Origin: an uncultured Chromatiales bacterium
Lineage (GTDB): Bacteria; Pseudomonadota; Gammaproteobacteria; SZUA-140
NCBI GenBank assembly: GCA_964388175.1
Contig: CAYLYS010000001.1
Coordinates: forward strand, 908 to 64,907
Direction: 5' to 3'
Length of the DNA stretch: 64,000 nucleotides
In this document: in pieces, positions 1-10,179 of the stretch
Layout: every line of letters starts with the position of its first letter
Numbering within the stretch: the first letter of the stretch is position 1
Position numbers and translations under genes: made by a program
The notes under the pieces: model-generated
Seen by the model: the letters and a program-made list of their open reading frames with translations, nothing else
Databases searched by the model: none
Told to the model about the DNA's origin: nothing

Positions 1-22
1 CGGTGGCAGGTGTTTGGGCGCT

Positions 23-1321
23 TCAGTCCGATGCCCCGTCGATGACGGTGTGCTCGTAGACGAGTCGGCCCGACAGCAGCGTGTGGGTGACGCGGCCCTT
101 CATTTCCCAGCCGAAAAAGGGTGTGTTGTGGCCACGGCTCAGCAGGGTCGCATCGTCCGCCACCCATCTCGCTTCGGGGTCGAAGATGCACACGTCCGCC
201 TGGCAGCCGACGCCGAGCTGTCCGGCCTGGATGCCGAGGATGCGCGCCGGGTGCCAGCTCAGACGGGCGATGGCGGCGCCGAGATCGAGCACGCCGTCAT
301 CGACCAGACGCAGCGTCAGCGGCAGCAGCGTTTCCAGCGCCGATATGCCGGTTTCGGTTTCGGTGAACGGGCGCAGCTTGGCATCGGCCTCATGGGGCTG
401 ATGATCGGAGCAGATCGCGGCGATGGCGCCGCACGCCAGCCACTGCCGCAGACCGTCACGGTCGCGCAGGGTGCGCAGCGGCGGATGAACCCGGCACTGG
501 CTGTCGAAATCGAGCACGTCGTTTTCCGTCAGATGCAGATGATGCGCGCTGACGTCGGCGCTCACCGGCAGGCCGTCGTGCTGCGCGCGCGCGATCATCT
601 GCGCGGCGCGGGCGCTGGAGAGCAGCGAAAAATGCACGCGTGCGCCGGTTTGCTCGACCAGTGCCAGCATGCCGGCGACCGCGACCGTCTCTGCGGCGGT
701 CGGGATGCCGGCCAGGCCGAGACGGGTGGCGACCGCGCCCTGATGCGCGCGGCCGTCGTTGGTCAGCGCATGGTCCTGCGGATTGACGAAGACGGTGAGG
801 CCGAAGGTCGCCGCGTATTCCATCGCCCGGCTCATGACCAGATGATTGCGCAGCGGCCGGTAGCCGTTGCCGACGCCGAGGCAGCCGGCCTGTTTCAGCG
901 CCGCCATTTCGCTCAGGCGTTCGCCGTCCAGCGCCTGCGTCAGCGCGCCGATCGGAATCACGCGCGCCATGCCCGCCGCGCGCGCCCGGCGCCGGATGAG
1001 ACCGGCAACGGCCGGTGTATCGATCGGCGGCTGTGTGTCCGGCGGGCAGCACAGCGTGGTGATGCCGGCGGCGGCGGCGGCGTGCGTTTCGCTGGCGATG
1101 GTTGCCTTGTGCTCCTCGCCCGGCTCGCGCAGATGCGCGCGCAGGTCGATCAGGCCGGGACAGACGATGCGGCCGCCGGCGTCGATCAGCAGATCGGCGC
1201 GGAAACCGTCGGGCGCCTGGCCGACGGCGGCGATGCGGCCGTCGGCGATGAACAGATCCTGCTGCGCATCCATCCGGTTGGCGGGGTCGATCAGGCGGCC
1301 CTGGCTGATATGTATGCGCAT
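23..1321 (-). CDS. pyrC: dihydroorotase (or dihydroorotase-like PyrC')
   Basis: 432-aa ORF with amidohydrolase/dihydroorotase signature (metal-binding His/Asp pattern). Lies immediately downstream of pyrB with a 1-bp overlap. Confidence 0.8.
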   Translation of the reverse strand: MRIHISQGRLIDPANRMDAQQDLFIADGRIAAVGQAPDGFRADLLIDAGGRIVCPGLIDLRAHLREPGEEHKATIASETHAAAAAGITTLCCPPDTQPPIDTPAVAGLIRRRARAAGMARVIPIGALTQALDGERLSEMAALKQAGCLGVGNGYRPLRNHLVMSRAMEYAATFGLTVFVNPQDHALTNDGRAHQGAVATRLGLAGIPTAAETVAVAGMLALVEQTGARVHFSLLSSARAAQMIARAQHDGLPVSADVSAHHLHLTENDVLDFDSQCRVHPPLRTLRDRDGLRQWLACGAIAAICSDHQPHEADAKLRPFTETETGISALETLLPLTLRLVDDGVLDLGAAIARLSWHPARILGIQAGQLGVGCQADVCIFDPEARWVADDATLLSRGHNTPFFGWEMKGRVTHTLLSGRLVYEHTVIDGASD

Positions 1322-2304
1322 CAGGCCTCGCTGGCGGCGGTCGTCGGTACGCCGTGCTGCATGCAGCGCGAAATGATCGCCATGCGCATGGCGATACCGT
1401 GGGTGACCTGCTGCAGTATCACCGAGCGCGGTCCGTCGGCGACGCGGGAATCGATTTCCACGCCGCGGTTGATCGGTCCGGGGTGCATGACGATGGCGTC
1501 GGGCTTGGCCAGCTCGAGCTTGCTTTCGGTGAGGCCATAGAGCTGATAGTACTCGTGTTCGCTCGGCAGGAAAGCGCCGTTCATGCGTTCGCGCTGCAGA
1601 CGCAGCATGATGACCACATCGACGTCGCGCAGCCCTTCGCGCAGGTCGTGGAAGACGTGTACCCCGAGGGTATGGGCCTCGGACGGCATCAGCGTGCGCG
1701 GGCCGATGATGCGGATCTCGTCCACGCCCAGCGTCGACAGCGCGTGGATCTGCGAGCGCGCGACTCGCGAATGCAGGACGTCACCGACGATGGCGACGCG
1801 CAGGCGGTGGAATTCGCCCTTGTGTCGCCGGATGGTGAACATATCGAGCATCGCCTGCGTCGGGTGGGCATGGCGGCCGTCGCCGGCGTTGATCACGCTG
1901 ACGTGCGGCGCCGCATGGCGGGCGACGAAATGGGCGGCACCGCTCTCGGCATGGCGGACGATGAACATGTCGCAGTGCATCGCTTCGAGATTGCGCAGCG
2001 TATCGAGCAGCGTTTCACCCTTGGTGGTCGCCGACGCCGGAACGTTGATGTTGATGACGTCGGCGGACAGGCGCTTGGCGGCCAGTTCGAAGGTGGTGCG
2101 GGTGCGGGTGCTCGATTCGAAGAACAGATTGACCACGGTCTTGCCGCGCAGCAGCGGGACTTTCTTCACCGCCTGATCGGCCACGCCGCTCAGCGATTCG
2201 GCCGTGTCGAGCAGTTCCAGCAGCAGCGCGCGCTTGAGCCCGGCGATGGTCAGGAAGTGGCGCAGACGTCCCTGTCCGTCGAGCTGGATGTTGGCTTTGT
2301 CCAC
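1321..2304 (-). CDS. pyrB: aspartate carbamoyltransferase catalytic subunit
   Basis: 327 aa with STRTR and HPxQ ATCase motifs. In a pyrR-pyrB-pyrC operon. Confidence 0.9.
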   Translation of the reverse strand: MDKANIQLDGQGRLRHFLTIAGLKRALLLELLDTAESLSGVADQAVKKVPLLRGKTVVNLFFESSTRTRTTFELAAKRLSADVININVPASATTKGETLLDTLRNLEAMHCDMFIVRHAESGAAHFVARHAAPHVSVINAGDGRHAHPTQAMLDMFTIRRHKGEFHRLRVAIVGDVLHSRVARSQIHALSTLGVDEIRIIGPRTLMPSEAHTLGVHVFHDLREGLRDVDVVIMLRLQRERMNGAFLPSEHEYYQLYGLTESKLELAKPDAIVMHPGPINRGVEIDSRVADGPRSVILQQVTHGIAMRMAIISRCMQHGVPTTAASEA

Positions 2305-2312
2305 CGGCTCCC

Positions 2313-2837
2313 TTAGCCTTTCTGTCGCGGTTCGGCGATGCTCAGCCTGAGCGGCGCCGGGCCGTGCAATTTGATGTGTTGCTCTCTGGCGAGTGCGATG
2401 CGCAGGCCGACCACGTCGGCCTGTATCGGCAGTTCCCGCCCGCCGCGCTCGACCAGGGTGGCCAGCATTATAGAGGCAGGGCGGCCGTAATCGAAGATCT
2501 CGTTGAGCGCGGCGCGGATGGTGCGGCCGGTATTGAGTACGTCGTCCACCAGCACGAGGTGGCGGTCGTCGATGCTGACCGGCAGGCTGGACGGGCGCAC
2601 CTGCGGGTTGACGCCGATGCGGGTGAAATCGTCACGGTAAAAGGAAATGTCGAGCATGCTGAGGGGTTCGCTCAGGCCGAGCAGGCCGTGCAGGCGCTCG
2701 GCGATCCAGGCGCCGCCGGTGTAGATGCCGGCGATCAGCGGCGCCTCGATCCGCCGTTCGCGCAGCAGCCCGCGCAGGGTTTGCGCCATGCCGGCGATGG
2801 TGGCTTCGACGTCGATCTGTTCAGGATTGAAGGTCAT
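2313..2837 (-). CDS. pyrR: bifunctional pyr operon regulator / uracil phosphoribosyltransferase PyrR
   Basis: 174 aa with a PRTase-type PRPP-binding motif ([12 protein letters not shown]). Sits upstream of pyrB. Confidence 0.85.
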   Translation of the reverse strand: MTFNPEQIDVEATIAGMAQTLRGLLRERRIEAPLIAGIYTGGAWIAERLHGLLGLSEPLSMLDISFYRDDFTRIGVNPQVRPSSLPVSIDDRHLVLVDDVLNTGRTIRAALNEIFDYGRPASIMLATLVERGGRELPIQADVVGLRIALAREQHIKLHGPAPLRLSIAEPRQKG

Positions 2838-3291
2838 GGTCGTCCTCCGCCGGTTGCGCTTCCGTTTCCGGTTGGCTGAAGAAAGTCTGCAGAATCACGG
2901 TGGCGGCGACTTCGTCCACGCCGAGGCGCCGCCGCGACCCCCGGTCGCCGGCCGTGGCCTCGTACATCAGCTGCCCGGCTTCGATCGATGACAGGCGCTC
3001 GTCGGCGGCGTGGACCGGCAGGCCGTAGCGCCCTTCCAGCCGGCGCACGAAGCGCCGCGCGGCGGCGGTCATCGGCTGTTCGCTGCCGTCCATATTGAGC
3101 GGAATGCCGACCACCAGCGCCGCCGGACGCCATTGTTCGATCAGTTCGCCGATCGCGCGCCAGTCGGGGTCGCCGCCGCTGTTGCGCAGCGTCTTCAGCG
3201 GTGTGGACGAGCGTGTCAGCTCCTGCCCCACGGCGACGCCGATCTTTTTGCTGCCGTAGTCGAAGCCGAGCAGTGTGCGGCTCTGTTTCAT
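2821..3291 (-). CDS. ruvX: Holliday junction resolvase-like protein RuvX/YqgF
   Basis: N-terminus [15 protein letters not shown] is typical of YqgF. Forms the conserved yqgE-yqgF pair. Confidence 0.85.
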   Translation of the reverse strand: MKQSRTLLGFDYGSKKIGVAVGQELTRSSTPLKTLRNSGGDPDWRAIGELIEQWRPAALVVGIPLNMDGSEQPMTAAARRFVRRLEGRYGLPVHAADERLSSIEAGQLMYEATAGDRGSRRRLGVDEVAATVILQTFFSQPETEAQPAEDDHDLQS

Positions 3292-3851
3292 GCGTGCCCG
3301 ATGTGCGCGCTCAGGCGCCGCAGATCGACGCCGTGGAGGGCGGCGGCCGCTTCCCAGCGTTGCTCGCGCGGGGTATCGAAGATGATGGCATCGCTCGCGG
3401 GCACGTTGAGCCAGGCGTTTTCGGCCATTTCCCGTTCCAGTTGTCCCGGTCCCCAGCCGGCGTATCCCAGCGCGACCAGGCAGTGGCGCGGGCCCTCGCC
3501 GACGGCGATCGCCGCGAGAATGTCGCGCGAGGTGGTGACGCCGATCCCGTCGCTGATCTTCATGGTGACATCCCAGTCGCCGTGCGGTTTGTGCAGCACG
3601 AAACCGCGTTCGCGCTGTACCGGTCCGCCGTGGAAAATCGGCATCTGCCGCACTGCCTCGAGCTCGGTGTCGATGTTCATCTGCCGCAGCACTTCGTCCA
3701 TGCGGATATCGAGCGGGCGGTTGACCATGATGCCCATCGCACCCTGTTCGGTGTGCTCGCAGATGTAGGTCACCCCATGGAAAAAGTGGGGATCCTGCAG
3801 GCTGGGCATGGCGATGAGGAACTGGTTGGCGAGGCGGATGGGGGCATTCAT
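3288..3851 (-). CDS. YqgE/AlgH family protein
   Basis: Conserved partner of ruvX. Start reassigned to the internal Met (MNAPIRL...) inside the longer called ORF 3288..4004. Confidence 0.75.
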   Translation of the reverse strand: MNAPIRLANQFLIAMPSLQDPHFFHGVTYICEHTEQGAMGIMVNRPLDIRMDEVLRQMNIDTELEAVRQMPIFHGGPVQRERGFVLHKPHGDWDVTMKISDGIGVTTSRDILAAIAVGEGPRHCLVALGYAGWGPGQLEREMAENAWLNVPASDAIIFDTPREQRWEAAAALHGVDLRRLSAHIGHA

Positions 3852-4240
3852 GCGTCTAGTATCCGATGAATGGGTATGCCTTTCAATGAAGGGTTCAAAG
3901 GGGTCCGCCTTCCTTGACCGGCGAACGCCCGGCTGCGTCGGCGGGGCATGTGTGCAGAAACCGTTGGTGCGAAGCGGCTCCCGGTTTCGGAGGGAATGTC
4001 CCACCGACGCTTTGCCACTGACACCGGCCCATCAGTGGTCCGCATTCCTCTTCAGGACAGGGAGCCGCATGCGCGCCAACAGTCCTGAGGAAGCCCGACG
4101 CCGCTCGCAATGTTTGCTGGTGCAGCCGGGCAGGGGTCGATTCCTTTGACCTCGGGGCAATATGGTCGGGAATGACTCGCTGCCGCTGACGCCCGCCGCG
4201 CAAGCGTTCGACGGTTTGCACCGCATCCGGCCGCCAACGA

Positions 4241-5131
4241 TCAGCGGTTCGCGCTCAGCTGACTGTTGAGGAATTCCCAGGTGCGGGTGATGTGCAGCAC
4301 GTCGGTATCGCCGCGCATTTCCGGCGGGAATTCGGAAAACGGCGCCGCCAGACGCACGATGCGGATGGCGGCGTCGTCGAGAACCTTGGAGCCGGATGAA
4401 CGCAGCAGGGAGATCTCGTGCAGACTGCCGTCCGCGTTGATGGCGACATCGAGCAGCAGTCGTCCGGACAGATTGCGGCGTTTGGCCTCGTCGGGATAAT
4501 TCAGATTGCCGACGCGTTCCACCTTGGCGCGCCAGGCGTCCAGATAGGCGGCGTCACGGTATTCCATAGCCTGGGCGGAGACGATGTAGCGGTGTTTGCC
4601 GCGTTGCGCGTATTCCTGCATCGATTGGCTGATCTCGGCGCTCAGGCTGGCGATTTCCATGCTGCGTGCGACCAGTTCATCGGCGGTGAGCGCCTGCTGC
4701 TGGGTCGCCGGCGCGAGTTCGACCTGCGGCGCCTGCCGGTCCGACTGTGCCTGGGTCAGCGGTGTGGTTTCGCGCTGCGGACGGGTTTCCTCCGGCGAGG
4801 TCGGCGAGCGCATCGCCTGGTCGATGCCCGGGCGCTGCGGATCCAGCGGTACGAAGGCCGGGCTTTGTGGGCTCTGGTCCTCCGCCAGCGTGCCGCCGCC
4901 TTCCAGATTCGCCTGGGCGAGGTATTCGGCGTCTTCGGGCGCCTTTTCGCTGCGCTGGTGCACCAGGCGGATTTCCACCGGCGGGCTTTTCATCTGCGGC
5001 GGACGGGTGAGCTCGGTGCCGAAGCTGACGCCGAGAATGACGACGGCGTGCACGACCAGCGCCAGAAACAGCGTCATGCCGAGGCGGTCGGCGGGGGAGA
5101 TCGCCGGATGTTCAGGAAGTGCTGTGTTCAT
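4241..5131 (-). CDS. energy transducer TonB family protein
   Basis: N-terminal TM anchor, Pro/Glu-rich spacer, and a C-terminal TonB domain (YPDEAKRRNLSGRLLLDVAINADG...). Confidence 0.75.
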   Translation of the reverse strand: MNTALPEHPAISPADRLGMTLFLALVVHAVVILGVSFGTELTRPPQMKSPPVEIRLVHQRSEKAPEDAEYLAQANLEGGGTLAEDQSPQSPAFVPLDPQRPGIDQAMRSPTSPEETRPQRETTPLTQAQSDRQAPQVELAPATQQQALTADELVARSMEIASLSAEISQSMQEYAQRGKHRYIVSAQAMEYRDAAYLDAWRAKVERVGNLNYPDEAKRRNLSGRLLLDVAINADGSLHEISLLRSSGSKVLDDAAIRIVRLAAPFSEFPPEMRGDTDVLHITRTWEFLNSQLSANR

Positions 5132-5651
5132 GGGCGGGAGGGGACGGCAGTTGCGATAGCGTGGCCTGCACTATGATACCGCTCATCAGGCCGAAACACA
5201 CGGCCAGGGTCATCAGCACCGGCAGCAGACCGAACAGCGCGGGATGCGGGATGAACAGCAAATAGGCGGCGTAGAACTGCGCCGCCATGTGCGCCATCGC
5301 CGCGATCAGGCAGTAGCCGACCGGACCGAAGGCCGAAGGAGCGCACAGGCGGATGAGGCCGATCGCCGCCAGCGCCGCCAGCGCGCCGGCGAGACTGAGC
5401 ACGAAGCCGGGGCTGAGAAACGTGCCGATGATGATGCTGCCGACCAGCACGCGCAGCAGACTGATCCAGGCCGCCGTGCGCCAGCCGTACAGCAGCAGGG
5501 CGGCGACGGTGATGACATTGGCCAGGCCGGGTTTGGCGCCGGGCAGCGGCGTGGGCAGCGCGCTTTCGGCAATGTGAATGACGATGGCGAGCGCGGCGAG
5601 CCCGGCGACGAGATGATCTTCCCGGGTGGCGGTCAGTGTGATCCGGCGCAT
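5112..5651 (-). CDS. Gx transporter family membrane protein (heptaprenyl diphosphate synthase component I-like)
   Basis: Polytopic 179-aa membrane protein. Third gene of an ApbE / NusG-domain-II / Gx-transporter module. Confidence 0.6.
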   Translation of the reverse strand: MRRITLTATREDHLVAGLAALAIVIHIAESALPTPLPGAKPGLANVITVAALLLYGWRTAAWISLLRVLVGSIIIGTFLSPGFVLSLAGALAALAAIGLIRLCAPSAFGPVGYCLIAAMAHMAAQFYAAYLLFIPHPALFGLLPVLMTLAVCFGLMSGIIVQATLSQLPSPPAHEHSTS

Positions 5652-5680
5652 GGGCAGACAATCTCATTCATCACTCAGAA

Positions 5681-6043
5681 TCAGAAGTTGACGCTGTCGA
5701 AGCGCGGCGCGGCGCTGGCGACGAGCAGGCTGACGCGGTTGGGCAGGCAGGCGCTGAAATCGCCGCCCGCCTTGAGCCAGCCGGCATGGACGCAGAACTT
5801 GCCCTGGCACGGCGAATGGGTGAAGCGCGCGGCGCCGTTGCTGATCTGGATCAGGCTGGCGCCGAGCGGTCCCGGCACTTCGACGTTGCGGTCGGTATGC
5901 AGGGGCAGCACGATCACATTGCCCTTGCCGTCGACGATGCGTATCTCGTCCGCGCTGCCGCCATGGTTCGTCCAGTGTGACAGATAGAGCCAGGGCAGCA
6001 GCACCAGGGCGCAGGCGATGGCGAAATAGTCTCCCCGTTTCAT
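5681..6043 (-). CDS. NusG domain II-containing protein
   Basis: Signal/TM segment plus a small beta domain (DEIRIVDGKGNVIVLPL...). Start reassigned to MKRGDYF. Overlaps the apbE stop by 4 bp. Confidence 0.6.
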   Translation of the reverse strand: MKRGDYFAIACALVLLPWLYLSHWTNHGGSADEIRIVDGKGNVIVLPLHTDRNVEVPGPLGASLIQISNGAARFTHSPCQGKFCVHAGWLKAGGDFSACLPNRVSLLVASAAPRFDSVNF

Positions 6044-7146
6044 GGCGGTATTTCCGTGACGATGACCGTCGGCGGCGGCTGAACCTCGAAATGCACCCGT
6101 TCCGCCATCCGCGGACTCATGTGTACCTTCATATCGGCGTCGATCAGCATCACCTGAGAGATGCCCATCCGGCGCGCCATCGCCGGCCACGCTTCGGGCC
6201 CGGCGATGAACAGGGCGGTGGTGGCGGCGTCCGCCATCGCCGCTTCATCGGCGATGACCGTGACCGACAGCGTATGCTGCACCGGATAGCCGTCGTGCGG
6301 ATCGAGTATGTGATGGTAGCGCCGGCCCTCGTAATCGAAATAGCGTTCATAGCTGCCCGACGTGAAGACGCTTTCGTCGTCGTGGGTTTCGAGCGAGGCG
6401 AAGACACCGCCGGCGTTGACCGGCTGACGGATGCCGATGCGCCAGGGACGGTTGCCGTGGCGGCCGATGGCGCGCAGGTCGCCGCCGGCGTTGACGATGG
6501 CGTTGTCGATGCCGAGCGCGCGCAGCGCTTCGATGGCGCGGTCGACGGCATAGCCCTTGGCGAAGGCGCCGAGGTCGAGCTGGACGGCGGGATTGCTGCC
6601 GCTGATTCGTGTCCCGTCGATGCGCAGCGCATCCATGTCGGGCGCGGCGGCGAGCAGGGCATCGATCTCGGCCTGTGCCGGCGGCGGTCCCTGCGGCGGA
6701 TCGTCGCCATGGAAGCCCCACGATGCGATCAGTTGCCCGATCGCCGGATTGAAGCGCTGCCCGCTCTGCGCCGCGAATGCGCGCGCCTGCAGCAGCAGTG
6801 CCGCGGTCTGCGGCGACATTTCCATGCTTTCGCCGGCGGCGAGCGCCGTGTTCAGGCGCGTTATTTCGCTGGGCTGCCAGGCATGCCAGCGCGTGTGGGC
6901 GTCGTTCAGCACCGCTTCGACCGCTCTGACCGCTTCCGCGCCGCGCGCATCGTCCACGTCCCACACGCTGACTTCGATCATCGTGCCCATGGTGAAGAGC
7001 TGACGCTTGTACGCGGCCTTTTCCGCTTCCGGCGCCGGCGCGCAGGCACTCATCCACAGGATGGGCAGCAGCATGAGCATCAGCGCGGCAGCGCGCGTTC
7101 GGGTCGTGGCGACGCGCGTGCTCACCGCAGGCGCGCCTCGATGCAA
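6040..7146 (-). CDS. apbE: FAD:protein FMN transferase ApbE
   Basis: ApbE-family similarity throughout, with a lipoprotein-like signal (LLPILWMSACA). The true start may be the internal Met near 7080, since the called start overlaps the gshB 3' end. Confidence 0.8.
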   Translation of the reverse strand: MHRGAPAVSTRVATTRTRAAALMLMLLPILWMSACAPAPEAEKAAYKRQLFTMGTMIEVSVWDVDDARGAEAVRAVEAVLNDAHTRWHAWQPSEITRLNTALAAGESMEMSPQTAALLLQARAFAAQSGQRFNPAIGQLIASWGFHGDDPPQGPPPAQAEIDALLAAAPDMDALRIDGTRISGSNPAVQLDLGAFAKGYAVDRAIEALRALGIDNAIVNAGGDLRAIGRHGNRPWRIGIRQPVNAGGVFASLETHDDESVFTSGSYERYFDYEGRRYHHILDPHDGYPVQHTLSVTVIADEAAMADAATTALFIAGPEAWPAMARRMGISQVMLIDADMKVHMSPRMAERVHFEVQPPPTVIVTEIPP

Positions 7147-8081
7147 TCCATGAGCCGGGCGCTGATATTGAGGCCGAACTGCGCATCCAGTTCGCGGATG
7201 CAGGTCGGACTGGTGACGTTGATTTCGGTCAGATAATCGCCGATGACGTCGAGACCGACGAAGAGCAGGCCGCGGCGGCGCAGCTCCGGGCCGACTTCGG
7301 CGCAGATCCAGCGATCGCGTTCAGTGAGCGGTCGACCGACACCGCGTCCGCCCGCGGCCAGGTTGGCGCGGGTTTCGCCCGCGGCGGGGATGCGCGCCAG
7401 CGCATAGGGCACGGGCTCGCCATCGACCAGCAGGATGCGTTTGTCGCCATCCTTGATCTCCGGCAGATAGCGCTGCGCCATCGTCAGCCGGCGGCCGCGT
7501 TCGGTCATGATTTCGAAGATGACGTTGAGGTTGGCATCGTTCGCCGTGATGCGGAATACCGATTCGCCGCCCATCGCCTGCAGCGGCTTGATGATGATGT
7601 CGCCGTGTTCGGCCAGGAACGCGCGCAGCATGTCGACGTCGCTGCTGACCAGGGACGGCGGCGCGCACTGCGGGAAGCGCGCCACCGACAGCTTTTCATT
7701 GGTATCGCGCAATGCGGCAGGCCGGTTCACCACCAGCACGCCGGCGTCCTCGGCCAGTTCGAGCAGATAGGTGGTGTAGATGTAATCGATATCGAAGGGC
7801 GGATCCTTGCGCATGAGGATGACCTGCAGCGTTTGCAGCGGCGCCCGGCGCTGCTCGCCGAGCGTGAACCAGTCGCTCGGATCGTCACGCACGGTCAGCG
7901 CCCGCATGCGGGCATGCACCTGGGTGACCGATCCGCTCCCGGAGAGGCTGATATCGCCCTGTTCCATGTACCACAGACGCCAGCCGCGTGCCTGGGCCTC
8001 GAGCAGCATGGCGAGCGTGCTGTCCTTGGCCGGTTTTATGGTGGCGATCGGATCCATGATCACGCCGAGTTCGATGGTCAT
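7122..8081 (-). CDS. gshB: glutathione synthase
   Basis: 319-aa ATP-grasp glutathione synthetase forming the C-terminal part of the long called ORF 7122..9323. Start MTIELGVIMDPI assigned by frame arithmetic. Confidence 0.85.
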   Translation of the reverse strand: MTIELGVIMDPIATIKPAKDSTLAMLLEAQARGWRLWYMEQGDISLSGSGSVTQVHARMRALTVRDDPSDWFTLGEQRRAPLQTLQVILMRKDPPFDIDYIYTTYLLELAEDAGVLVVNRPAALRDTNEKLSVARFPQCAPPSLVSSDVDMLRAFLAEHGDIIIKPLQAMGGESVFRITANDANLNVIFEIMTERGRRLTMAQRYLPEIKDGDKRILLVDGEPVPYALARIPAAGETRANLAAGGRGVGRPLTERDRWICAEVGPELRRRGLLFVGLDVIGDYLTEINVTSPTCIRELDAQFGLNISARLMDCIEARLR

Positions 8082-8116
8082 GCTGGAAGCTCCTGGTGGC
8101 TGCGCCGTGGCGGGAA

Positions 8117-9445
8117 TCAGGGCGCGGCCCTGCTGCGGTCGATCTGCTGCACGGGCAGGTTCTGTATCTCGCGGGCTGCCGCGAGCAGCGCCAGCCGCGC
8201 GATCACGCCGTAGGCGTAGAAGCGGTTGGGCTGGGCATCGGGGGCGAGATGGCGCTCCGGGCTCGTGCACGACTGGGCGAAGGCCAGCGGTTCGAAGTGC
8301 ATGCCGGGTGCGTTGAGATTCTCGTCCGGCCCGCGGCGGGTATGCACGCGATAAAAGCCGCCGACGACGAAGTGATCGATCATGTACACCACCGGTTCGG
8401 CGACCGCTTGCGCATCGCCCCAGGTTTCGAAGGTATAGACCCCTTCCTGCAGAATGACCTGGGTGATGTCCATGCCGCCCTTGGATGCCGACATGCGGGT
8501 GCGTTCCTTGCGGTTCAGATCGCGCACGTCCTCGGCCGAGTGCACCATCATGATGCCCATGCCGTAGGTGCCGGAATCGGCCTTGATCACCACGTAGGGT
8601 TCTTTCTCGACGCCGTATTCCTCGTATTTGCGCCGGATCTGGCGCAGCAGATTGTCGATGTTGCGGGAGAGGCATTCCTCGCCTTCGCGTTTCATGAAGT
8701 TGATTTCCCCGCACTGCAGGTGCAGCGGGTTGATCAGCCAGGGATCGATATCGATCAGCGCGGCGAACTCCTCGGCAACGCTGCGGTACTGGGAGAAGTG
8801 ATCGGATTTCCGTCGATGCGCCCAGCCCAGTCCGGGCGGCGGTGCGACGGGTTGCTGCAGTCCTTCCAGCAGCGGCGGCAGGCCGGCGGAGAGATCGTTG
8901 TTGAGCAGCACCAGGCAGGGACGGAAGTCGCCGATGTGGAGGTGGTCGTCGCTGCGTTCCAGCGGCTCCAGCAGCAGGCTCTGGCCCGACGGCGTGGTAT
9001 GCGTTTCCGCGCCGCCCGGCGCCAGGCGCAGCGAGCCCAGGCGCACGTCGAAGCCGGCCTTGTGCATGATGTCGAGCAGCGTGGCGAGGCTTTCCAGGTA
9101 ATAGGGATTGCGGGTATGGTCTTCGGGAATCAGGATGACACGGTGGGCGGTCGGACAGATGTGCTCGATGGCAGCCTGCACCGCCTGTATACACAGCGGC
9201 ATGAATGCCGGATTGAGATTGTTGAAACCGGCCGGGAACAGATTGGTGTCGACCGGCGCGAGCTTGAAGCCGGCGTTGCGCAGATCGACCGATGCATAGA
9301 ACGGCGCTTCGCTCTGCCGCCATTGGCGGCGAAACCAGGTCTCGATTTCGGCCTGGTGGCGCAGCAAATGGCTTTCTAGCCGCAGCAGCGGGCCGTTGAG
9401 CACCGTCGTCAGGTGTGGAACTGGCTGAAGGTGTTGAATGGACAT
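8117..9445 (-). CDS. gshA: glutamate--cysteine ligase (proteobacterial GshA type)
   Basis: 442-aa GCS family protein directly upstream of gshB. Confidence 0.8.
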   Translation of the reverse strand: MSIQHLQPVPHLTTVLNGPLLRLESHLLRHQAEIETWFRRQWRQSEAPFYASVDLRNAGFKLAPVDTNLFPAGFNNLNPAFMPLCIQAVQAAIEHICPTAHRVILIPEDHTRNPYYLESLATLLDIMHKAGFDVRLGSLRLAPGGAETHTTPSGQSLLLEPLERSDDHLHIGDFRPCLVLLNNDLSAGLPPLLEGLQQPVAPPPGLGWAHRRKSDHFSQYRSVAEEFAALIDIDPWLINPLHLQCGEINFMKREGEECLSRNIDNLLRQIRRKYEEYGVEKEPYVVIKADSGTYGMGIMMVHSAEDVRDLNRKERTRMSASKGGMDITQVILQEGVYTFETWGDAQAVAEPVVYMIDHFVVGGFYRVHTRRGPDENLNAPGMHFEPLAFAQSCTSPERHLAPDAQPNRFYAYGVIARLALLAAAREIQNLPVQQIDRSRAAP

Positions 9446-9549
9446 GGTTTATGGGTCATCTGTCTCGGGGCCCCTATGGTAGCCGGATTACCGGACGGGG
9501 GAAATCCTGCTAGTATCCCGGCGTCGATGACTGGTCTGCACGGAATCCC

Positions 9550-10179
9550 ATGACAGCGTATGAAGAGCAGCCTGCGGCAGCGGCCGGAGCGCGCCGCCCG
9601 GCCGAGCGGGTATGGGTGCTGGCCGGATCGGTCGGCGCCGTCGGCGCCATCGGCCGCTTTTTCCGCGCCCTGCCGCCGGCGGGACAGACCTTCGCCTTCG
9701 TCGTCGCCGTTCGCAGTTCCGCCGAGGTCGCTGGCCTGCTCGTCGGCTTGCTGGCCAGGACCACGCCATTCGCGGTGCACATGGGCGGTCTGGAGCGGAC
9801 GCTTTACCCGCGCGATCTGCTCGTCGTTCCCATAGACGATGTGCCTGCTGACGCTCAGGAGTCCGGCGAGGACTGGCGTCATCCCGCCGACAGCGAAGCA
9901 CTGGATCGGGTGCTGGGCACGGTGGCCGCGCGCTACCGCGAGCAGGCCGGCGCGATCGTGTTCAGCGGCATCGGCCGCGATGGCGCCGAGGGTTGCCGGG
10001 CGGTCGCCCGGCTGGGCGGCAAGGTATGGACGCAGGATACGGAAAGCAGCGAGTACCGCACGCTGCCCTACTATATTCGCGAAGTCTGCGATGTGAGCCT
10101 GTCGGCTTCCCCCGAAGGACTGGCGGAGCGTCTGATGCGGTTGCCGTCACGGCCGCCGCAGTTGCTGGCGCCACGCTAG
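9550..10179 (+). CDS. CheB-like methylesterase domain protein (orphan)
   Basis: 209 aa resembling the CheB_methylest fold: AGSVGAVG matches the GASTGG Ser-box and FSGIGRDGAEG matches GMGxDG. No receiver domain and no neighbouring che genes. Confidence 0.5.
   Translation: MTAYEEQPAAAAGARRPAERVWVLAGSVGAVGAIGRFFRALPPAGQTFAFVVAVRSSAEVAGLLVGLLARTTPFAVHMGGLERTLYPRDLLVVPIDDVPADAQESGEDWRHPADSEALDRVLGTVAARYREQAGAIVFSGIGRDGAEGCRAVARLGGKVWTQDTESSEYRTLPYYIREVCDVSLSASPEGLAERLMRLPSRPPQLLAPR

Noticed and set aside
14-1540. 508-aa plus-strand ORF covering pyrC/pyrB on the opposite strand
   Set aside because: Antisense shadow ORF typical of high-GC DNA. Arg/Ala/Gly-rich and low-complexity, and it overlaps two well-supported genes.
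4005-4240. 240-bp intergenic region between yqgE and tonB with local hairpins; considered as an sRNA or riboswitch
   Set aside because: No recognisable conserved riboswitch or sRNA motif could be matched by eye. It is left as a probable promoter/UTR region.
7122-9323. 733-aa called ORF
   Set aside because: Only the C-terminal 319 aa (gshB) are real. The N-terminal 414 aa are an out-of-frame overlap with gshA (8117-9445) and are Arg/Pro-rich junk.
8096-9379. 427-aa plus-strand ORF opposite gshA
   Set aside because: Shadow ORF antisense to a well-supported gene.
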